Part shown: positions 15,614 to 20,363 of the stretch, piece after piece
Numbering within the stretch: the stretch's first letter is position 1
Layout of the letters: every line of letters starts with the position of its first letter
Source: a virus
Lineage: Duplodnaviria > Heunggongvirae > Uroviricota > Caudoviricetes
IMG/VR virus record: IMGVR_UViG_3300027766_000002
Strand: one strand, 5' to 3'
Length of the DNA: 20,363 bases
Made by a program: the position numbers and the translations under genes
Notes under the pieces: model-generated
Told to the model about the DNA's origin: nothing
Databases searched by the model: none
What the model saw: only the letters and a program-made list of their open reading frames with translations

Positions 15614-16505
15614 AATTAAATATTCGTGTTAGAAATAGAATGTTTGAACCTGTCATGTTGAGCATGAAATTGACAAGTTCGATGTCAATATTTCTGGGTT
15701 CGTCAGAGCCATGAGCTGCGATTTTGTTTCGTATTGTTCCTATGTATGCCTGAAGCATGCCTGATAATTTTAAATTGCCATCCTGAAGGAATGCTGGAAT
15801 TCCGTCTAGAGTGAATAGCTTTGGCACTAATTGGCTAATTGTCTCGTTGCCGGACAATTGTATCTTATTGTCTTTTAATATTATTTTTAGTGTTGATTCA
15901 TATGCTTTACATGCTGAAACGATAGATTCTTCAAGTTTGTTAGCTTTGAAATGATCGAAAGCTAAAATGAATTGATCAAAAGCGCTTTGGTATTTTTTGG
16001 ATGAGCCAAGAGTTGCAATACTGGGCTTAATTATTTGGTTGTGAGTGTATTCGGTGTCAATTCGTATGAGGTTGCCTTCTTCTATTCTGTATCCAATCCC
16101 ATGAGATTGTAGTCGGAAGTTTATTTTATCAACGACAGGCTGAATCAAATCATTTCTATATGGGGAAAAAGTTTTGTGCATAACGAAACTAACCATATCA
16201 ATTATATCTATGCACACTTCGTCGGTACAGTCTCGTGAGTCACAGAAAAAATTCACTAAATCAATGAATGGGTCTGAATCACCCCAGCTGTTTAGACGGT
16301 TCGTTACCGGTAAATTATGAATACCTAATTCTTCGCATATAAACTTGTATAGAGAACGAGGCAGTTCGGAAGATTGATAAACAATTTTTTGCCAAGACGT
16401 AGCGATCTGAACCCTAGCTTCACGGGGGATATGATCATAGGTAAATACGTCATTAACTTCGCCTAGAGCTTCGCTGCGTCTGCGGGAAAATCGTTTATAA
16501 AACAT
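15612..16505 (-). CDS. AbiJ-N-like / Abi_C (HEPN-like) protein, STM4504/CBY_0614-like, candidate abortive-infection gene (297 aa)
   Basis: N-terminal FSRR....G...DVFTYD.IP...RVQI, central GYRIEEG.LIR, A.KA.ES.LK.I, and RNKIAAHG (Rx5H). AT-rich and oriented against its neighbours. Confidence 0.72.
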   Translation of the reverse strand: MFYKRFSRRRSEALGEVNDVFTYDHIPREARVQIATSWQKIVYQSSELPRSLYKFICEELGIHNLPVTNRLNSWGDSDPFIDLVNFFCDSRDCTDEVCIDIIDMVSFVMHKTFSPYRNDLIQPVVDKINFRLQSHGIGYRIEEGNLIRIDTEYTHNQIIKPSIATLGSSKKYQSAFDQFILAFDHFKANKLEESIVSACKAYESTLKIILKDNKIQLSGNETISQLVPKLFTLDGIPAFLQDGNLKLSGMLQAYIGTIRNKIAAHGSDEPRNIDIELVNFMLNMTGSNILFLTRIFN

Positions 16506-16580
16506 GATCTATAGGCTCCTTGTTCGTGTTTGTTTTATTTTTAGCCTTTTCGAGAGGCCTTGCAACACAAATTATCTGTC

Positions 16581-16663
16581 TAGCAATAGACAGAATTTGA
16601 AAATATAATGCCTTTAAATAAATTGTTTTCTTATGTGTTAAAGTGGTGGTGCATGGATGCACC
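16581..16663 (+). promoter_or_regulatory. Putative terS promoter (TATAAT 16604-16609) with inverse operator-like TTGTTTTCTTATG (within 16621-16635)
   Basis: Reverse complement of 16621-16635 is CATAAGAAAACAATT. Additional palindrome GGTGCAT-GG-ATGCACC at 16648-16663. Confidence 0.55.
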
Positions 16664-16683
16664 TAGATAAGTTAGAGGGAACT

Positions 16684-17322
16684 ATGACGACCGAAGCTGA
16701 AGAGGTAAAGGTCAAGATCACGCCAGCTATGTGGGCGGAGATCGAGGCGAAATGGGCGTCCGGCGAGTACACGCTTTCCAGATTGGAAGACGAGTATGGG
16801 CTGCGCCGCGAGACCTTCTCTCGTTATTTCAAAAAGAAGGGGTTGGCCAAAGGAGCTGACTCAGTTGGCAAGATGGTGCGCGAATCCCTGAAGTCAGACG
16901 CAGAGATCCGCGCTAAAGAGCGCGCCGACAAAATTGATGATCGCCGTAACAAGTATGACAGCTGGGCATTCACACTTGGCAGAATGGCGATGGGTCAGGT
17001 TGCCGAGGCGAAGTCCAAAGGCACATCGCTTGCTGTTATCGAGGGCGATCTAAAGTCAATTCAGCGAGCCAGCAATATTCTGGCTAAGTGCTTTGATGTG
17101 TCATCCAAAGCCCTGGGCATGGATAAAGACGAAGGCTTGGCCGACGAAATCCCGAACCTGGTGTTTGGCGAATTGACACCAAATCAGGTGGCAGAGCTGC
17201 GTAAATCAGAAGAACCAGATCTGATTGACGATGATGAGCTTCAGGCACTTGAAGAGGAAGCTGCAAAAGACGCTGAGAGCGTTTTAGAGAGCGAAGCTGA
17301 CGATGATAGTGGGGAAGCATAA
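16684..17322 (+). CDS. terS: Probable terminase small subunit (212 aa; start ATG 16684)
   Basis: GAGGGA RBS, N-terminal HTH (W..G..TLS.L...YGL.RET.SRYF), helical middle and acidic tail. Ends 2 nt before terL. Confidence 0.7.
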   Translation: MTTEAEEVKVKITPAMWAEIEAKWASGEYTLSRLEDEYGLRRETFSRYFKKKGLAKGADSVGKMVRESLKSDAEIRAKERADKIDDRRNKYDSWAFTLGRMAMGQVAEAKSKGTSLAVIEGDLKSIQRASNILAKCFDVSSKALGMDKDEGLADEIPNLVFGELTPNQVAELRKSEEPDLIDDDELQALEEEAAKDAESVLESEADDDSGEA

Positions 17323-17324
17323 CC

Positions 17325-18581
17325 ATGGCCATCCCGTCATCGCTGAGCTTGATTCAGCTGCATTCTGGGCAGATGTCAGTGTTCCAATCACCCCATCGTT
17401 TCAAAGTAGTGTGTGCTGGCCGACGCTGGGGTAAGTCTCGACTGTCAATTTCTAAAATTATTCGTGCGGCCGCTTCCGGCCGCAAACAGCGTGTTTGGTA
17501 CGTAGCGCCAACGTATCAAATGGCCAGGCAGATTTTGTGGGATGACCTTCAGGAGACAATCCCGCGCAAATGGGTGGCTAAAAAGAACGACACCACAATG
17601 ACGATCGTTCTCAAGAACGGCTCGGAAATTGCCCTAAAAGGTGCGGATAAGCCAGATACGTTGCGTGGTGTTGCGTTGAACTTTGTCGTGCTCGACGAGT
17701 TCCAGGATATGAAGCCTGACACCTGGTACAAGGTATTGCGTCCAACGCTGTCTTCTACCCGCGGTGGTGCGCTGATTATCGGTACACCGAAAGGCTTCTC
17801 TGAGTTCCATAAACTTTGGACGATCGGGCAAAACGAAGATTTGCAGAAGAAGGGGCAGTGGAAGAGCTGGCAGTTTGTGACAGCTGATTCACCCTTTGTT
17901 CCAGAAGCGGAGATCGAAGCCGCGCGGAATGATATGGACCCTAAATCATTCGCTCAGGAATACCTTGCGTCGTTTGAGAACATGTCAGGTCGCGTGTATT
18001 ACCCGTTCGACCGCAAAACGCATGTTAAGGATGTGGCCTTCAATCCGAAGCTGCCTATCTGGGTTGGTCAGGACTTCAACATCGATCCAATGTCCTCGGT
18101 CATCCTGCAGCCGCAGCCGAATGGTGAAGTTTGGGCGGTGGATGAGCTGGTACTGTATTCTTCAAACACCGCAGAGGTATGTGATGAGCTGGAACGCCGG
18201 TACTGGCGCTCGAAGTCTCAGGTAACAATCTTCCCAGACCCTGCAGGCGCATACCGACAACATGCGCGCGGTGAATCGGATGTGGACATCTTTAAGGAGA
18301 AGGGTTTTCTGCGCATCGATCATCCGAAGAAGCACCCGCCGATCGCTGACCGTGTGAATGCAGTAAACCGTATGCTGATGACCGCGTCTGGGGATGTGAG
18401 ACTTTATATCAGCCCGAAGTGTAAGGGGCTGATTGAATCGCTGGAAAAGGTAATCTACAAACCGGGTTCGCGTGATATGGACAAGTCAGGTGGTGTAGAG
18501 CATAGCGCTGACGCCCTCGGCTATCCAATTCATAGAAGATTTCCGGTTAAAAGTCGTGTTATTCTTGGTGGCTCTCGATAG
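17325..18581 (+). CDS. terL: Terminase large subunit (418 aa)
   Basis: Walker A CAGRRWGKS, Walker B VVLDE, IGTP coupling motif, and RNase H-like nuclease residues (GQDFN, H..DALGY). Confidence 0.95.
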   Translation: MAIPSSLSLIQLHSGQMSVFQSPHRFKVVCAGRRWGKSRLSISKIIRAAASGRKQRVWYVAPTYQMARQILWDDLQETIPRKWVAKKNDTTMTIVLKNGSEIALKGADKPDTLRGVALNFVVLDEFQDMKPDTWYKVLRPTLSSTRGGALIIGTPKGFSEFHKLWTIGQNEDLQKKGQWKSWQFVTADSPFVPEAEIEAARNDMDPKSFAQEYLASFENMSGRVYYPFDRKTHVKDVAFNPKLPIWVGQDFNIDPMSSVILQPQPNGEVWAVDELVLYSSNTAEVCDELERRYWRSKSQVTIFPDPAGAYRQHARGESDVDIFKEKGFLRIDHPKKHPPIADRVNAVNRMLMTASGDVRLYISPKCKGLIESLEKVIYKPGSRDMDKSGGVEHSADALGYPIHRRFPVKSRVILGGSR

Positions 18582-18598
18582 GTGGTTAACTACCTATC
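18577..18598. promoter_or_regulatory. 22-bp near-perfect palindrome GATAGGTGGTTAACTACCTATC
   Basis: Overlaps the terL stop, upstream of the portal gene. The right half AACTACCTATC is identical to 3586-3596. Confidence 0.7.
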
Positions 18599-18635
18599 TT
18601 AAAGCGGTATTTATATTAAATTGGGGTTTGGTCAA

Positions 18636-20204
18636 ATGGAATTGACTGACAAAGTAATCAAGGATCTGGTTAAACGCCGGCATCCTGAGTACGAAAAGAA
18701 AAAGGAGCATTGGGACTTTATTTCGGCCACCTACGCGGGTGGCCGGGCATGGTTCGATGACAACGTTTTCCGCTATTTCAAAGAAGGTGATCAGGAATAC
18801 AAAGAACGTGTAGAGCGAGCATACCGCTTCAACCACACGCGTGAAGTTGTAAACCTGATCAACAAATACATTTTCCGCGAAGATATTCACCGCACTGAGG
18901 AAGATGCACCTGAGTTCATCCGGGATTTCTGGCGCCGCGCGACACGTCAAAACGTTTCCGTTAACGAGTTCATGGCCGCCATCGATCTGCAATCCTCCAT
19001 CTATGGGCGAATTTGGGTTGTGGTGGATAGCACAATGGAAGCTGGAGCTGAGTCGGTTGAAGACCAGAAGAAGCAGGATGGCCGCGCCTACGCTTACTGG
19101 ATTTCACCGCAGCAGATGCTTGATCTGGCATGGGATGACGACGGTAACTTGCTGTGGGCGCTGGTGGTGGAAGTCGCCCGTGATGATGCCGACCCGTTTA
19201 CATCTACCGGACAGGAGTTCCAGCGTTATCGCTTGTGGACTCAAAACGAATGGTATCTGTTCCGCGAAGAAGTGAAGAAAGGTGGCCATAAAGGTAATGC
19301 TAAGGTTTACCTCGAAGATAGCGGTGAGCATAACCTGGGTGTTGTGCCGGTGTTCCCTGTTGACTGTATTGGTCAAAGCGAATCGCCATACTTCAGCCCA
19401 TCGCTCATTGATGACATCGCTTACCTTGACCGTGCGGTGGCCAACTACCTGTCGAACCTTGATGCAATCATTCAGGATCAGACCTTCTCCCAGCTGGCGA
19501 TTCCAGTTCAGGCAATGCTGCCGGGCGATGAGAACCACGGCAAGGTATTGGAAATGGGAACTAAACGAGTGTTTACCTTTGATGGCGAAGGTGGCTCGCA
19601 GCCGTTCTACATGTCGCCAGACCCAAAGCAAGCCCAGATGATCATCACCACGGTTCAGACTGTCATTAACGAGATTTATCACTCTGTTGGTGTTGCCGGT
19701 GAACGAACCAAGCAGGACAACGCCAAGGGCATTGATAATTCCTCTGGCGCAGCCAAAGCATACGACTTCCAGCGCGTGAATAGCTTGCTGGTGACGAAAG
19801 CTGAACGTCTGGAACGTGCAGAGCGCCAGATGCTTGCCCTGGTTGGCAAATGGATGGGTGAAGAGCTGGAAGACGATCACACATTGGTTAGCTACCCGGA
19901 GAGTTTCGACATCCGTGGTTTGACTGACGAATTTGCTGTTGCTCAGCAGTTATCAGAGTTGCAGGCGCCGGAAAGTGTTCGTCGTTATCAGATGGAAATG
20001 CTCATCGATAAGATTTTCCCGAACGTCACGGAGAAAATGAAAAAGGAATTTGAGGCAGATCTCTTGAAATTTCCTCCAAAAAATGTATCTGTGGGTATTG
20101 AAAATAGGTTGTCAACTACCTATGATAAGGCATCTTCTCAAGAAACCGAGAATACTTCTTCCCAAGGATCAGGGAACTCATCTGCTCAAGCAACCGAGCG
20201 ATAA
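18636..20204 (+). CDS. Portal protein (522 aa; start ATG 18636)
   Basis: Directly after terL. Size and motifs (HP.Y...Y.GG, G.VPV, SG.A..YDF) fit SPP1/gp6-type portals. Confidence 0.88.
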   Translation: MELTDKVIKDLVKRRHPEYEKKKEHWDFISATYAGGRAWFDDNVFRYFKEGDQEYKERVERAYRFNHTREVVNLINKYIFREDIHRTEEDAPEFIRDFWRRATRQNVSVNEFMAAIDLQSSIYGRIWVVVDSTMEAGAESVEDQKKQDGRAYAYWISPQQMLDLAWDDDGNLLWALVVEVARDDADPFTSTGQEFQRYRLWTQNEWYLFREEVKKGGHKGNAKVYLEDSGEHNLGVVPVFPVDCIGQSESPYFSPSLIDDIAYLDRAVANYLSNLDAIIQDQTFSQLAIPVQAMLPGDENHGKVLEMGTKRVFTFDGEGGSQPFYMSPDPKQAQMIITTVQTVINEIYHSVGVAGERTKQDNAKGIDNSSGAAKAYDFQRVNSLLVTKAERLERAERQMLALVGKWMGEELEDDHTLVSYPESFDIRGLTDEFAVAQQLSELQAPESVRRYQMEMLIDKIFPNVTEKMKKEFEADLLKFPPKNVSVGIENRLSTTYDKASSQETENTSSQGSGNSSAQATER

Positions 20205-20222
20205 GGCGTAAAAAGGAATTTT

Positions 20223-20363
20223 ATGAATCTGTGGCAAATGATGATGGCTCGTCGTGGCCTGATGGACGTCGCTGGCAAGGAAGAGCTGGGCGGTGGTGGT
20301 GGTGGTGGTGAACCAACTAAAGATCAACCGGGTGAACAGCCTGGTGGCGAAGGTGGCGAACAC
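20223..20363 (+). CDS. N-terminus of probable capsid scaffolding protein (truncated by the window edge)
   Basis: AAGGAA RBS. MNLWQMMMARRGLMDVAGKEELGGGGGGEPTKDQPGEQPGGEGGEH is a Gly/Pro/acidic low-complexity start directly after the portal gene. Confidence 0.65.
   Translation, partial: MNLWQMMMARRGLMDVAGKEELGGGGGGGEPTKDQPGEQPGGEGGEH

Larger units (their letters stand above)
1..20363. mobile_element. Segment of a temperate tailed phage / phage-plasmid (probably SSU5/pHCM2-like)
   Basis: Terminase, portal and scaffold genes at the right end, dense small hypothetical genes at the left, and no host housekeeping genes. The family call rests on recalled synteny. Confidence 0.85.

Noticed and set aside
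16576-16593. LexA (SOS) box
   Set aside because: CTGT and ACAG are separated by 10 nt rather than the required 8.
16684-17322. P1-like Dam-controlled pac site (GATC cluster) in terS
   Set aside because: About six scattered GATC sites, without the tight clustering seen in P1 pac; too weak to call.
18594-19880. Long antisense ORFs 18594..18992 and 19104..19880 (also 13799..14332 and 4088..4579)
   Set aside because: Shadow frames of well-supported genes on the opposite strand, with no RBS or recognisable motifs.
20289-20310. GGT microsatellite as a phase-variation site
   Set aside because: In-frame trinucleotide repeat encoding a poly-Gly linker; length change would not shift the frame.
1-20363. 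tRNA, rRNA, IS or integrase genes
   Set aside because: No cloverleaf-like sequence, transposase, recombinase motifs or terminal inverted repeats were recognised.

Overview
This window is a segment of a temperate tailed phage or phage-plasmid from an enterobacterial host. The gene order (SF2 helicase / ParB-ParB-ABC ATPase-HEXXH-GNAT-wHTH / TerS-TerL-portal-scaffold) matches my recollection of SSU5/pHCM2-like phage-plasmids; this was not checked by search. Left part (1-7.3 kb): small early-type hypothetical genes in short operons, each with a sigma70-like promoter followed by a shared AGAAAACAA(A/G)TTGTT operator-like motif. They are separated by unusually long repeat-rich non-coding blocks, and the region is dense in Chi sites. 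Middle: a lipoprotein, an AT-rich SMEK-domain gene, a tandem Sm-fold (Rof/Hfq-like) protein, an RHH-like protein and a helicase. Next comes a translationally coupled six-gene operon that looks like an uncharacterised ATP-dependent DNA acylation (modification) system. An AT-rich HEPN/Abi-like gene sits between that operon and the head-packaging module, which runs off the right edge. A second, palindromic 22-bp motif marks that operon, the portal gene and one gene in the early region. All family assignments come from motif reading and recall; no database searches were run.
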